A DNA stretch of 48,654 nucleotides from Anaerolineales bacterium. GTDB lineage: Bacteria; Chloroflexota; Anaerolineae; Anaerolineales; UBA11858. Location: NCBI GenBank assembly GCA_021108255.1, contig JAIORG010000235.1, forward strand, positions 1-48,654, read 5' to 3'. Shown here one piece after another: positions 28,647 through 38,681 of this stretch. Under the pieces are notes generated by a model that did no database searches, was not told the DNA's origin, and saw only the letters and a list, made by a program, of their open reading frames with translations. The translations under genes and the position numbers were made by a program. The first letter of the stretch is position 1. Each line of letters begins with the position of its first letter.

Positions 28647-29747
28647 ATGAATATTTGTATACCAAAAGAACGGCGCGATTCTGAATACCGGGTCGGACTA
28701 ACACCGGCAGGAATTCAACTCTTAACCCAGCAGGGACATATTTGCTTTATAGAAAAGGAAGCCGGTGTAGGAAGTGGTTTTTCTGACCATGCTTACCAGG
28801 AAGCCGGCGCTACAATTGTTTACAGCGGGGAAGAAATCTACGGTCGGGCTGACCTGATTCTTAAGGTCTCATCTCCCATAAAGGAAGAATACGACTGGAT
28901 GCAGGAAGGATTAACCCTGCTTGGATTCCTCCATCTCTCAGCCGGAGGATCAGCGAAAGTAGATACCCTGCTGAGTAAAAATATTACCGCCATCGGCTAT
29001 GAAATTATCCAGATAGAGAACGGTTCCCTGCCGGTATTAAGACCTCTCAGCCAGCTGGCCGGAAGAATGATCCCCCAGGTAGCGGCCACCCTGGCTCAAA
29101 ACAATTATGGAGGCAAAGGATTTTATGTTGGAGGTGTACCCGGAATCCCAAGGGCCAATGTGGTGATCCTTGGAGCCGGGACAGTAGGCCGCAATGCTGC
29201 CCGCTCCTTCCTGGGACTGGGCGCCAATGTGCACATGCTGGACAGCTCCCTGGAAGTTCTTCAGCAAATTGATCGTGAATTTTCCACCAGGGTAAATACC
29301 CTGATTTCCTATCCCTTTAACATCCATAAAATCTGCTCGCTCGCTAATATATTTGTCGGCGCGATCCTGGTGCCGGGGGCTTCTTCCCCAGTGGTTGTTA
29401 CCCGGGAAATGGTCCAGCAGCTTCATCCCCGGTCAATCATTATTGACAGCTCTATTGACCAGGGCGGCTGCTTTGAAACCAGCCGTCCCACCACCCACAG
29501 CAATCCCACTTACCTTGAAGAGGATGTCATCCATTACTGTGTGCCAAATATGACTGGTGTCCTGGGTCGGACCGGAACCCATGTCCTGAGCAATGCAATC
29601 TGGCCATATATCGCCCAGATTGCCGAGCTTGGAATCAAAAAATCCCTTAAAACAAACCCGGCGTTAAACAATGGTGTTTACATACATCAGGGGAAGGTCG
29701 TTAAACAAGTACTGACCAACGCCCTGGAGGGCAGGAAAAAGCTATGA
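28647..29747 (+). CDS. ald: Alanine dehydrogenase family protein (start 28638 or 28647)
   Basis: IPKE...EYRV.LTP, FLHL, GAGTVG, IDQGGCFETS, YCVPNM. Confidence 0.82.
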   Translation: MNICIPKERRDSEYRVGLTPAGIQLLTQQGHICFIEKEAGVGSGFSDHAYQEAGATIVYSGEEIYGRADLILKVSSPIKEEYDWMQEGLTLLGFLHLSAGGSAKVDTLLSKNITAIGYEIIQIENGSLPVLRPLSQLAGRMIPQVAATLAQNNYGGKGFYVGGVPGIPRANVVILGAGTVGRNAARSFLGLGANVHMLDSSLEVLQQIDREFSTRVNTLISYPFNIHKICSLANIFVGAILVPGASSPVVVTREMVQQLHPRSIIIDSSIDQGGCFETSRPTTHSNPTYLEEDVIHYCVPNMTGVLGRTGTHVLSNAIWPYIAQIAELGIKKSLKTNPALNNGVYIHQGKVVKQVLTNALEGRKKL

Positions 29748-31039
29748 GCTGGACTGATCAATACAAACAAAAAGTTGTTACCCCCGCGGAAGCAGTAAAA
29801 GCAGTTAAATCCGGTGACCGGATCTTCCTTACCGGTAACTGTTCCGTACCAAAAACGGTCTTGTCTGCTCTAGTGGATCGAGCGCCAGAGCTTCAGGATG
29901 TAGAAATTTGCCAGGCTTTAACAACTGGATCTGCTGACTATGTCAGCCCGGAATTGGAGGGACATCTGCGGGTGAACACCATGTTCATCAGCCATAACAT
30001 CCGCGAAGCTGTCCAGAATGGGGGGGCGGATTTTACTCCGGTGTTATTATCAGAGTTTCCACTCTTGTTTAAAGATAATTTCCTCCCGGTAGATGTGGCC
30101 TTTGTGCACCTCTCTCCCCCTGATCCGCACGGCTACTGCAGCTTCGGCGTGGAAGTAGGATTAAGTAAAAGCCCTGCCGAATCAGCACAGATAGTCATCG
30201 CCGAAATAAATGAACAAATGCCCCGCACCCTGGGGGATTCCTTCATCCACGTCAGCGCGATCGACTATATTGTACCGGTCGACTACCAACTTCCTGAGCT
30301 GCCAATGGGGGATGGAAACCCATCAGACACGGTTAAGAAAATTGCCAGTTACATCGCTGAGTTGATTCCGGATGAAGCGACCATGCAAATGGGCATCGGC
30401 GCCATTCCGGACGCGGTGCTGCATTATCTTTTTGACAAGAAAGACCTGGGCATTCATACTGAATTGTTTTCAGATGGTGTGATCGACCTGGTTGAAGCGG
30501 GCGTCATAACGAATTCAAAAAAATCTTTACATCCCGGAAAAATCGTCGTTGGATTTATCCTGGGCACAAAACGCCTTTATGACTGGGTTCACAACAACCC
30601 GCTGTGCGAGTTTCTCCGCACAGAATACATCAATGATCCCTTTATTGTCTCTCAAAATGACCGCATGGTAGCTGTCAACTCTGCAATTGAGATTGACCTT
30701 ACCGGCCAAGTCTGCGCGGACAGCATCGGCACCAAGCTGTACAGTGGTGTTGGAGGACAGCTGGATTTCATTTACGGCGCCTCCCGTTCAAAAGGCGGTG
30801 TGCCCATTATCGCGCTGCCGAGTACTGCGAGGGACTTCAGCCGGATTGTCCCCACCTTAAAACAAGGTGCCGGGGTAGTCACAACCAGGAACCACATCCA
30901 TTATGTGGTTACAGAGTACGGCGTGGCAGATCTGTACGGTAAAACCATCCAACAACGGGCGCAGTCATTGATCGATGTTGCTCATCCCAAATTTAGAGAA
31001 GAGTTAACCAAAGAAGCGAAAGCTTTGCATTATATTTAG
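29744..31039 (+). CDS. Acetyl-CoA hydrolase/transferase family (4-hydroxybutyrate CoA-transferase-like)
   Basis: QMGIGAIP, GIHTELF, DLTGQVCADS, SGVGGQLDF, VVTEYG. Confidence 0.9.
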   Translation: MSWTDQYKQKVVTPAEAVKAVKSGDRIFLTGNCSVPKTVLSALVDRAPELQDVEICQALTTGSADYVSPELEGHLRVNTMFISHNIREAVQNGGADFTPVLLSEFPLLFKDNFLPVDVAFVHLSPPDPHGYCSFGVEVGLSKSPAESAQIVIAEINEQMPRTLGDSFIHVSAIDYIVPVDYQLPELPMGDGNPSDTVKKIASYIAELIPDEATMQMGIGAIPDAVLHYLFDKKDLGIHTELFSDGVIDLVEAGVITNSKKSLHPGKIVVGFILGTKRLYDWVHNNPLCEFLRTEYINDPFIVSQNDRMVAVNSAIEIDLTGQVCADSIGTKLYSGVGGQLDFIYGASRSKGGVPIIALPSTARDFSRIVPTLKQGAGVVTTRNHIHYVVTEYGVADLYGKTIQQRAQSLIDVAHPKFREELTKEAKALHYI

Positions 31040-31089
31040 ATTGTTTATTCAGTGGGTTGTAAATTGAATTTTTTTAGAGAGAGCAGACT

Positions 31090-32526
31090 ATGAACCGCCG
31101 GGCAAAAATCATTGCCACGCTGGGACCTGCCAGCGATGATAAAGAAACAATCAGAAACCTGCTTACAGCCGGTATGGATGTAGCTCGAATTAACTTCTCA
31201 CACGGTGACCTGGAAAGCCATGCCCGGGTAATCCAGACCCTGCGAGAAACAGCCCGGGAGCTTAACCGTCCAATCACAATCCTCCAGGATCTCTCTGGCC
31301 CAAAAATCCGCACCGGAGAAATACCGTCCGGAGTGATCAACCTGATCCAAGGAAAACAGTTCACTCTCACGACTGATAATATCCAGGGAACAGAGGAAAT
31401 TGTCTCTGTAAATTATTTAGATCTACCTCAAAGTGCAGAAGTGGGAGGCCGGATTCTTCTGGATGATGGAAAACTTGAATTAAAAGTAAAAGAGATCAAG
31501 GGCAACCAGGTCATAACCGAAGTCATCCAGGGGGGAGTGCTGAAACCCCGTAAAGGCGTCAACCTGCCGGGGGCGAATTTGACCATCCGGACATTGACAG
31601 ATAAAGACATCGTTGATCTAAAATTTGGTTTAGCCCATGATATTGATGTACTGGCACTGTCCTTTGTGCGGAGCGCAGAGGATATTAAAAGGCTTCGCCA
31701 GGAGATCAAGAAGATCAACCCGGATCATGGGGGCATTCCAATCATAGCCAAGCTGGAACACCCAGACGCAATTGAAAATCTGCATAAAATCATCCATGAA
31801 GCAGATGGCGTTATGGTAGCCCGGGGAGATCTGGGAATCGAAATGCCTCCGGAATCTGTCCCGATTGAACAAAAACGGATCGTTTCCATGGCGAACAAAC
31901 ATCTCAGTTATGTGATTATCGCCACCCAAATGCTTGATTCCATGGTGGACAACCCCCGCCCTACCCGGGCAGAAGCCTCCGATGTCGCCAATGCTGTGCT
32001 TGATGGAAGTGACGCGGTGATGCTCTCAGGAGAGACCGCCATTGGCAAATTCCCCATAAAAACCGTCCAGATGATGTCTTCAATTATCCGGCAAAGTGAA
32101 GATCATATCGACGAATGGGGACATTCTTATTTCGACCCGGCTGAAGATGCCATTCATGGTGATGCAGTTGCCATTACCCGGGCGGCCAGGGAACTGGCTC
32201 ACGACCGTTCTGTCGCTGCCATCGCTGTTTTTACCAGGAGCGGCAGGACTGCAAAACTGATGTCCAAAGCCCGACCGCATGTTCCCATCCTGGCTTTTAC
32301 CCCTGTAGAAAAGACCTACCAGTATCTTTCAATGCTGTGGGGTATAACTCCGTACCTCATCCCGCAGGCAGCTACTATCGAGGAGATGATCGGCCACGTT
32401 GAAACAGCAGTTATAGAAGGAACACCGGTAAAACCGGGTCAGGAAATAGTCCTTATTGCAGGGTTCCCGATTGACAAAATGGTTCCTCCCAACCTGGCGC
32501 TCCTTCATACCGTAAAATCAAGATAA
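31090..32526 (+). CDS. pyk: Pyruvate kinase
   Basis: KIIATLGP, RINFSHG, DLSGPKIR, MVARGDLG, ATQMLDSM, DAVMLSGETA. Confidence 0.96.
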   Translation: MNRRAKIIATLGPASDDKETIRNLLTAGMDVARINFSHGDLESHARVIQTLRETARELNRPITILQDLSGPKIRTGEIPSGVINLIQGKQFTLTTDNIQGTEEIVSVNYLDLPQSAEVGGRILLDDGKLELKVKEIKGNQVITEVIQGGVLKPRKGVNLPGANLTIRTLTDKDIVDLKFGLAHDIDVLALSFVRSAEDIKRLRQEIKKINPDHGGIPIIAKLEHPDAIENLHKIIHEADGVMVARGDLGIEMPPESVPIEQKRIVSMANKHLSYVIIATQMLDSMVDNPRPTRAEASDVANAVLDGSDAVMLSGETAIGKFPIKTVQMMSSIIRQSEDHIDEWGHSYFDPAEDAIHGDAVAITRAARELAHDRSVAAIAVFTRSGRTAKLMSKARPHVPILAFTPVEKTYQYLSMLWGITPYLIPQAATIEEMIGHVETAVIEGTPVKPGQEIVLIAGFPIDKMVPPNLALLHTVKSR

Positions 32527-32617
32527 AGTTTCACCACAGCGAACTCAATCAATCTGTTAGTATTAGTTTATCCCTCTGAAGTTTGAGGGATCTATTCACC
32601 ACCCCCGGGGGCAGCAA

Positions 32618-34852
32618 ATGAAAAATCAGCCTTTTATCCGTGGTGAACAAATTACCCAACCAATTCCTTTGGAAGAATTCCTGCCTGCTTATAGATCTGG
32701 CGTGGTAAGTTTCTGGTTAAATCATCTACCTTCCCGACCCGATTTAGTTATCTCCCCCTTTGGTGATTCTCCGCTAGAAGCGCTTGAAGCCGCAGCAGCA
32801 GGTTACCGGGTTGTGGTCCCAATCCATAACCCCATCATCAGATTCCTGTTAAACCGCCTTGCGCAGCCGATCTCAAAAGAGGAATTAAATTCTGCTCTTG
32901 TCCGTCTTTCTTCCAGTTATAAGGGAAAGGAGCGGCTAAAGCCATTTATTTTATCCCTATACGAAACAGAATGCCCCCACTGCGGAAGGATGACCTCCGC
33001 CAGATCATTTACCTGGTCCAAATCAAGGGGAGAACCTGTCCGGAAAACCTGCCTTTGTTCCAACTGCGGTGAACCTTCTGAAACTCCTGTTTCCCAGGAG
33101 GATCTCCAAAAAGCTCTGGCCTACAAAGAGAACAGCCCTTCCCATGCCCGGGCTCTTACCCGGGTGGCCCCACCGGATGATCCAATCCGTTTCCAGGCGG
33201 AAAATGCGCTCAAGACTTATCCGCATCGGACTGTTCACGCCTTATTTACCATCCTTAACAAACTTACCGGATTTGACCTTTCTCCGGAAGAGAGAATTAA
33301 TCTGGAAATGCTCTTGCTGCATGCGTTTTACCGCTGCAGTAATTTAAACTCATCCCCGGTTTCGGAAAGGGAATCCGGAACATCCGCAGATTGCGATACC
33401 TACAGGGAAGAAAATGTCTGGTTTGCCCTGGAAGAAGCCCTCGATATCTGGGAAAATGGTCAAACCTCTGTTCCAGTTGCTACCTGGCCAGACCTGCCGC
33501 CAGATTCTGGGGGAATATCGATTTATCCCGGACGGGTAAGAGATCTTATTCCCCAATTGAAAGACATTGATCTCAGTGCTGCCTTGATGGTATTTCCAAA
33601 ACCAAACCTGTCTTTTTGGTCACTCAGTGCACTTTGGACTGGCTGGTTGTGGGGGCAGGACGCAGCTGCGCCGCTAAGAAACATTCTCAGCTTGCAAAAT
33701 CTTGATTGGGTCTGGCTCACCCGGGCAATCAAGAGCACTTTATCCGGGCTGGAAGAAATCCTTCCGCCTGGGATCCCCTGTTTTGGGCTGCTTCCCAATC
33801 TCGAGATTGAATATTTAATCTCTGTTGGAACGGCTGCCTGCGCAACAGGATTTGCCCTCACGGATATCGCGGTGGACCCTGATCTACCGCAAGGTCAAAT
33901 CATCTGTACAACTGGGGAACAATTGGCAGCGAACCCAACAGCAAAATCAATGAAGGAAACCATCCGCTCCGCGGGATTTGAATTCCTGAAGGTGATGGGA
34001 GAACCAAAACACACCCTGTCCATATACAGCGCCGGGTTGGCGTCGATCGCATCGGAGCAAGCCCTGCTGGGTTCAGAGGAAGATAACCTGGCCGATGTTT
34101 ATCTTCAGCTGGTTAAGAACTTTGAAGAATCCATTGCTTATCGACAGGGCTTCTTACATTTTCCTAAATCCGAAACCTGGTGGCATCAAGAACTGAGCTC
34201 CTCAGCTGATCCTCACTCAGATCGAGTAGAACAGGCACTTGTCAATTTCCTTGCAAAAAGCAGCTCTCCCCTGCCGGAAGTTGATATCTATACCCATCTT
34301 TATCATAAATTCCCTGGGTTAGCTACTCCCCAACAAGGATTGATCGAAGTTTGTCTAAAATCGTATGCAGAAAAAACCAGCGGAACTCAATCCGGCTGGG
34401 AATTAAGTTCAAGCGACCAGCCTTCAAACCGCAGACAGGACTTAAAGGAAATTGAAGATATTCTTACCCTATTGGGTAATCAATTGGGGTTTGAAATTAT
34501 AAAGGCAGCGCCGATAGGTAATATCCTTTGCCTGGTTTGGAAAAACAAAGGCGAGACCAGCTATACATTTTATATCTCTGCTTCAGGGAGCTTAAACAAA
34601 ATTATTACCGGATTTGATTCCTCCCTGGCGAACCCCTGGATTATCCTGCCCGGCAGCAGAGCAGAATTAATCCACTACAAAATCGAGAACAATAATCCTC
34701 TGGCAAAAGCAATTCAAAATTCCTGGGGACTGGTCAAATACCGCCATATCCGCCGCATAGCAGATGAAGGAGGATTGACAAAGGAAAATCTCCAGGAACG
34801 TTTAGCCCTGGATCCTTTTACCTCTGACGCGCCGCAGCTGCCACTTATTTAA
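32618..34852 (+). CDS. Hypothetical protein resembling a degenerate adenine DNA methyltransferase with a Zn ribbon
   Basis: VISPFG....ALEA...G.......NP (motif I-like), CPHC...C.CSNC; no DPPY/NPPY. Confidence 0.6.
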   Translation: MKNQPFIRGEQITQPIPLEEFLPAYRSGVVSFWLNHLPSRPDLVISPFGDSPLEALEAAAAGYRVVVPIHNPIIRFLLNRLAQPISKEELNSALVRLSSSYKGKERLKPFILSLYETECPHCGRMTSARSFTWSKSRGEPVRKTCLCSNCGEPSETPVSQEDLQKALAYKENSPSHARALTRVAPPDDPIRFQAENALKTYPHRTVHALFTILNKLTGFDLSPEERINLEMLLLHAFYRCSNLNSSPVSERESGTSADCDTYREENVWFALEEALDIWENGQTSVPVATWPDLPPDSGGISIYPGRVRDLIPQLKDIDLSAALMVFPKPNLSFWSLSALWTGWLWGQDAAAPLRNILSLQNLDWVWLTRAIKSTLSGLEEILPPGIPCFGLLPNLEIEYLISVGTAACATGFALTDIAVDPDLPQGQIICTTGEQLAANPTAKSMKETIRSAGFEFLKVMGEPKHTLSIYSAGLASIASEQALLGSEEDNLADVYLQLVKNFEESIAYRQGFLHFPKSETWWHQELSSSADPHSDRVEQALVNFLAKSSSPLPEVDIYTHLYHKFPGLATPQQGLIEVCLKSYAEKTSGTQSGWELSSSDQPSNRRQDLKEIEDILTLLGNQLGFEIIKAAPIGNILCLVWKNKGETSYTFYISASGSLNKIITGFDSSLANPWIILPGSRAELIHYKIENNNPLAKAIQNSWGLVKYRHIRRIADEGGLTKENLQERLALDPFTSDAPQLPLI

Positions 34853-34854
34853 CA

Positions 34855-34895
34855 AAGGTTTAAGGTTTAAGGTTTAAGGTTTAAAGTTTAAGGTT
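34855..34895. repeat. Heptamer tandem repeat (AAGGTTT) x about 6
   Basis: Read directly; starts 3 nt after the stop at 34852. Confidence 0.9.
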
Positions 34896-35058
34896 AATAA
34901 TTTTCCAATTTTAACATTTGATCCGCAATTTAACCAACACACCCGGTCATTCATGACCGGGCTGCAAAACAACATTGCAAACAGCGCCCAATATATTGGG
35001 CTAAACAACTCCTCAACTTGCCTAAGACAGGCCTTTCGAGGTTCTCTCCCTCACTCAA

Positions 35059-35113
35059 TCTCCCCGTCTCCCTGTCTCCCTGTCTCCCTGTCCCCCGTCT
35101 CCCTGTCTCCCAG
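35059..35113. repeat. Octamer tandem repeat (TCTCCCTG) x about 7
   Basis: Read directly; decays into TCACTTAG/TCACCAAT. Confidence 0.9.
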
Positions 35114-35166
35114 TCACTTAGTCACCAATTCACCGTAGCTCCCTTAAGCGAATACTAAAAGTGCAC

Positions 35167-38100
35167 CTAGGGAGTAGGAGTAGGCGTATCAGTCGGAGTA
35201 GGCGTGAATGTACTTGTATCTACGGGAGTCTCACTCACCGTGGGTGTCAAAGTCGGTGTGGGCGAAAGAGTAACTGTCGGAGTAGGAGTCTCTGTGGGTG
35301 TGGGAGTCGGGGTAGGAACTTGAATATTTATCTGGATTCTTTTCTCCGCATGTCCATCATTTGTACCGGTCATATACAACCGCAGAGTGACCCATCCAGT
35401 TGGCAGTTCACTAATATCCCAGGAAGAAATTTCTGTCATTTCTGAAAGCGGATTATCAATCATCTTAAGAATTTCCCACATAACTGGATCCCTACCAAGT
35501 CCGTATTCCAGTCGGGCTTCCTCGAAATTTCCAGTTGCATCAGCTTTGGCAAAAATCTTTAACGGACCAGAGTTAATAACATCATCCTGCCTGGGAGATG
35601 CAAATTCCAAAATAGGCCGAGGGTCATCAGCATCGCAAACATTATCCTCGTTGATAACGTAAGGATTTCTTGTAAATCCCATACTCTTCGCCCAATCCTT
35701 TCCGGGATTTTTTGTTGTTATCCACTTAATTGCCCAAGGATCATCCAGATGAATGCCTGTATGTTTCTCGATGTACCCGGAGCATTCCTCAGAGGCTAGT
35801 TTTTTTGTCCAGGTATCCACCATAACTTCTTCCCACAGATCCTGATCTGCAGGCAGTGGCAGTTGATCTGCAGCAAAATATTCGCTGCGCTGACTGGGGC
35901 AATATTTGGAAGGTTCTGTCCCGGAAATGGAGCAAATTACCCGTTCAATAATGCCTGCAGGTCTTGAAAATCCGGTGGGATTTCCCCCGGTCAACTGCTG
36001 GATTCCTTCCTGCATGACTTGGGCCCAGATTGGCGCCGCTCCTGTCAAACCACTGGTATCCTGCATGGGCGTATAGTCTGCATTACCAACCCAGACCCCT
36101 ACAGCCAAATCAGGTGTATAACCCAGAGTCCAGTTATCACGGTAATCATTGGTTGTGCCTGTTTTTGCGGCAGCTTTAAATGGAAGGTTAATGATTGAAT
36201 TCGTTCCAAAAGCAGGGATGCGGGCATGATAATCCGACAAGATTGAAGAGATCAGGAAAGCATGTTCTGGCCGGATAACCTGTTCACCTGCCAGCGGCTG
36301 ATGCTCAAAAATCAAGTTTCCCTGGTAATCTTCAATTCTGGTAATTGCCACGGTAGGAATCTGCCGGCCGCCATTTGCGAAAGTAGCATACACCTCAGTT
36401 AACTCCAGCAGGGAAACATCACCACCGCCCAGGGTAAGGGAAAGGCCATAGTCATTCCTGGCAAAGGTTGATATGCCCACACGCTGAGCAAATGGAATCA
36501 ATCCTTCCTCTTTTTCTGTTTCCGGGTCATCATAAATACCAATAAAACTTAATGCCTTCACAGCCGGGACATTATATGAATTTGCCAACGCTGAACGCAG
36601 CGTAACCGGTCCGTGATATTTTTCATCATAGTTTACAGGAACATAAGGATCCCGGGGGTCATTCGGGTCTCCCGAGGGAGGAAATTCTGAACGAACATCC
36701 CAAATCAGGGTAGCAGGAGTCCAACCCTGTTCAAAAGCTGCCACGTAGGTTAAAGGTTTTATGGAGGAACCCGGCTGCCGGGGGCTGAGCGTCATATTGA
36801 TTTCCCCCTGAACATCCTTATTATCAAAATCCGCTGATCCTACCATTGCCAGAATCTCACCGGTAGCAGGACGAAGGGCTACTAAAGCACCATTGGTTAC
36901 ATGCTTTCCCTGAAGTTTTTCGACTTGTTCAAAAACAATTTGCTGAGCTCGATCCTGCAGACCCGGATCAAGTGTCGTATACACAGTGAACCCTGAACGG
37001 TAGATGGTTTGCGGGTCATAATTGCTCTCCAGGAGAGATCGGATGTAATAAACCCAATGGGGATACAAAAGCTCGGTATAAGGTACTTCAAATTGGTAAG
37101 AGCGGATTTCCTCTGCTGCTGCAACCGCTTCCCCCACTCCGATACAGATTCGCTGCAGATTGTTGCTTACAAATATACAGTTATCTTCCTGGCTGGTTTG
37201 ATACATCAGAACCAAAACGTTTTCATGTCGGCCAAGCGTCACATCCCGATTGGTGTATATATCATAAACAGCAGGAAGCTGCGGCAGCCCGGCCAGGAAC
37301 GATGCCTGACCCAGGGTAAGATGCTTCGCAGAAGTACTGAAATAGGTCTGGGCAGCCGCTTCTACACCATAGGACAGGTTGCCGAAGTTAATCTCGTTCA
37401 AATACAACTCAAGAATTTCATCTTTTGAATACCGGCGAGTGATCTCCGCCGCTAGAATCGCTTCCCTAAGCTTCCGGGTATATGTTCGGCTGACTTGTTC
37501 TTCTGGAGAGAGCAGCAGCATCTTGGTCAACTGTTGGGTAATAGTAGAAGCTCCAGAAACAATTTCATCGCTGATCAGGTTGTACCAGAACGATCTGGCA
37601 ATTGCCAGAACATCATATCCCGGGTGACTGTAAAAATTTGAATCTTCTGTCGCTATCGTTGCTGCAACCAGGTAAGGAGAGATTTCATCCAACGAGACAT
37701 AGGTTCTCCGTCCAGCAGTAGGATCCAACAGCTCGTATAACACATTTCCTTCTCTATCCAGTATCCTCGTAGTCTCAAACTTGGCTGCCTGTTCCCGTAA
37801 ATCCTCTACCGTCGGAAGGGTTGCAGCAATCCTGTTATAGTGATAAATAGCAAATGAGCCCGCTATAAGAGCCAACACAATACCGGCGATCAAAGCCATC
37901 ACCAGCATTCGAAAAACACATCCCCATCCCTCTCCCCGATTCCATCCACCTGGACCAGCTTTTTTCCACCAGGACATAAGTTTAGATGTGTTATCTGGCG
38001 GTAAAGCAACTGTCCTGGATCGGTTAATTGATGCAGGAGATGTTTTCCCCCGTACAGGCGCTTCATCCATTCGCCGGGGAAGCGGCATTCCCCGGGAATC

Positions 38101-38481
38101 CAATGCCGGGGGTGGAGTATGGGGAGTGGATCCCAAAGAAGGGGGCGGTGTATCGTCCAACGGCGATCGAGAAAGTTCAGCAGACTCTCCGAGTACTTCA
38201 GTCTCGTCAAAGCTAGGATCTAATGCAGATGATTCTGATCCAGAAGAATTGGGTTTTCTCTCTGCTGGCTCACTTGCGCCTTCCTCAGCCCTTTCTGTCT
38301 TGGGCACAGCGTTTTCTGAACTTCCTTTTCCAGACCCTTGCATAATCTCACCTTCGTTTGGTATTCCAAGAGAATCCAACTGGGATTTGATCAAATCTTC
38401 GTCTTTTTCCAGCTCATCAGCCCCCTCAATCAAATCCTTAAATCGTTGTTTGGGTTTTTTGGGTTGTTCTGTTTCAGTCAT
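35167..38481 (-). CDS. Class A penicillin-binding protein (PBP1A family)
   Basis: Disordered N-terminus and TM; EDSNFYSHPG, GASTITQQL; SSIK, SYN, KTGT; Pro/Thr tail; start probably ATG 38481. Confidence 0.92.
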   Translation of the reverse strand: MTETEQPKKPKQRFKDLIEGADELEKDEDLIKSQLDSLGIPNEGEIMQGSGKGSSENAVPKTERAEEGASEPAERKPNSSGSESSALDPSFDETEVLGESAELSRSPLDDTPPPSLGSTPHTPPPALDSRGMPLPRRMDEAPVRGKTSPASINRSRTVALPPDNTSKLMSWWKKAGPGGWNRGEGWGCVFRMLVMALIAGIVLALIAGSFAIYHYNRIAATLPTVEDLREQAAKFETTRILDREGNVLYELLDPTAGRRTYVSLDEISPYLVAATIATEDSNFYSHPGYDVLAIARSFWYNLISDEIVSGASTITQQLTKMLLLSPEEQVSRTYTRKLREAILAAEITRRYSKDEILELYLNEINFGNLSYGVEAAAQTYFSTSAKHLTLGQASFLAGLPQLPAVYDIYTNRDVTLGRHENVLVLMYQTSQEDNCIFVSNNLQRICIGVGEAVAAAEEIRSYQFEVPYTELLYPHWVYYIRSLLESNYDPQTIYRSGFTVYTTLDPGLQDRAQQIVFEQVEKLQGKHVTNGALVALRPATGEILAMVGSADFDNKDVQGEINMTLSPRQPGSSIKPLTYVAAFEQGWTPATLIWDVRSEFPPSGDPNDPRDPYVPVNYDEKYHGPVTLRSALANSYNVPAVKALSFIGIYDDPETEKEEGLIPFAQRVGISTFARNDYGLSLTLGGGDVSLLELTEVYATFANGGRQIPTVAITRIEDYQGNLIFEHQPLAGEQVIRPEHAFLISSILSDYHARIPAFGTNSIINLPFKAAAKTGTTNDYRDNWTLGYTPDLAVGVWVGNADYTPMQDTSGLTGAAPIWAQVMQEGIQQLTGGNPTGFSRPAGIIERVICSISGTEPSKYCPSQRSEYFAADQLPLPADQDLWEEVMVDTWTKKLASEECSGYIEKHTGIHLDDPWAIKWITTKNPGKDWAKSMGFTRNPYVINEDNVCDADDPRPILEFASPRQDDVINSGPLKIFAKADATGNFEEARLEYGLGRDPVMWEILKMIDNPLSEMTEISSWDISELPTGWVTLRLYMTGTNDGHAEKRIQINIQVPTPTPTPTETPTPTVTLSPTPTLTPTVSETPVDTSTFTPTPTDTPTPTP

Positions 38482-38645
38482 ATGCGTTTTCTGTGTGAAA
38501 TCACTAATTGAAAACTTCTGCTTTACTTGCTTGTTCTTGAGGTATTCTAGCATAAATAAGCGAATTTCACCCTTTTTACTGTTGAATAACAATCGGGAAT
38601 GAGATGAATAAAATTAGAACTTATCCCAGGATATTTATTCCCAGA

Positions 38646-38674
38646 TTGACTGGTATTGAAGCACAAACTACAAT
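38646..38674 (+). promoter_or_regulatory. sigma70 promoter, probably giving a leaderless mRNA
   Basis: TTGACT-N17-TACAAT with ATG 38682 seven nt downstream and no RBS. Confidence 0.6.
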
Positions 38675-38681
38675 ATTTATT

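Noticed and set aside
34855-34895. Telomere-like repeat or eukaryotic contamination
   Set aside because: Unit is TTTAAGG rather than TTTAGGG, only six copies, embedded between bacterial genes
35170-35320. Periodic DNA at the PBP 3' end and at 43050-43135
   Set aside because: Encodes ordinary Pro/Thr linkers
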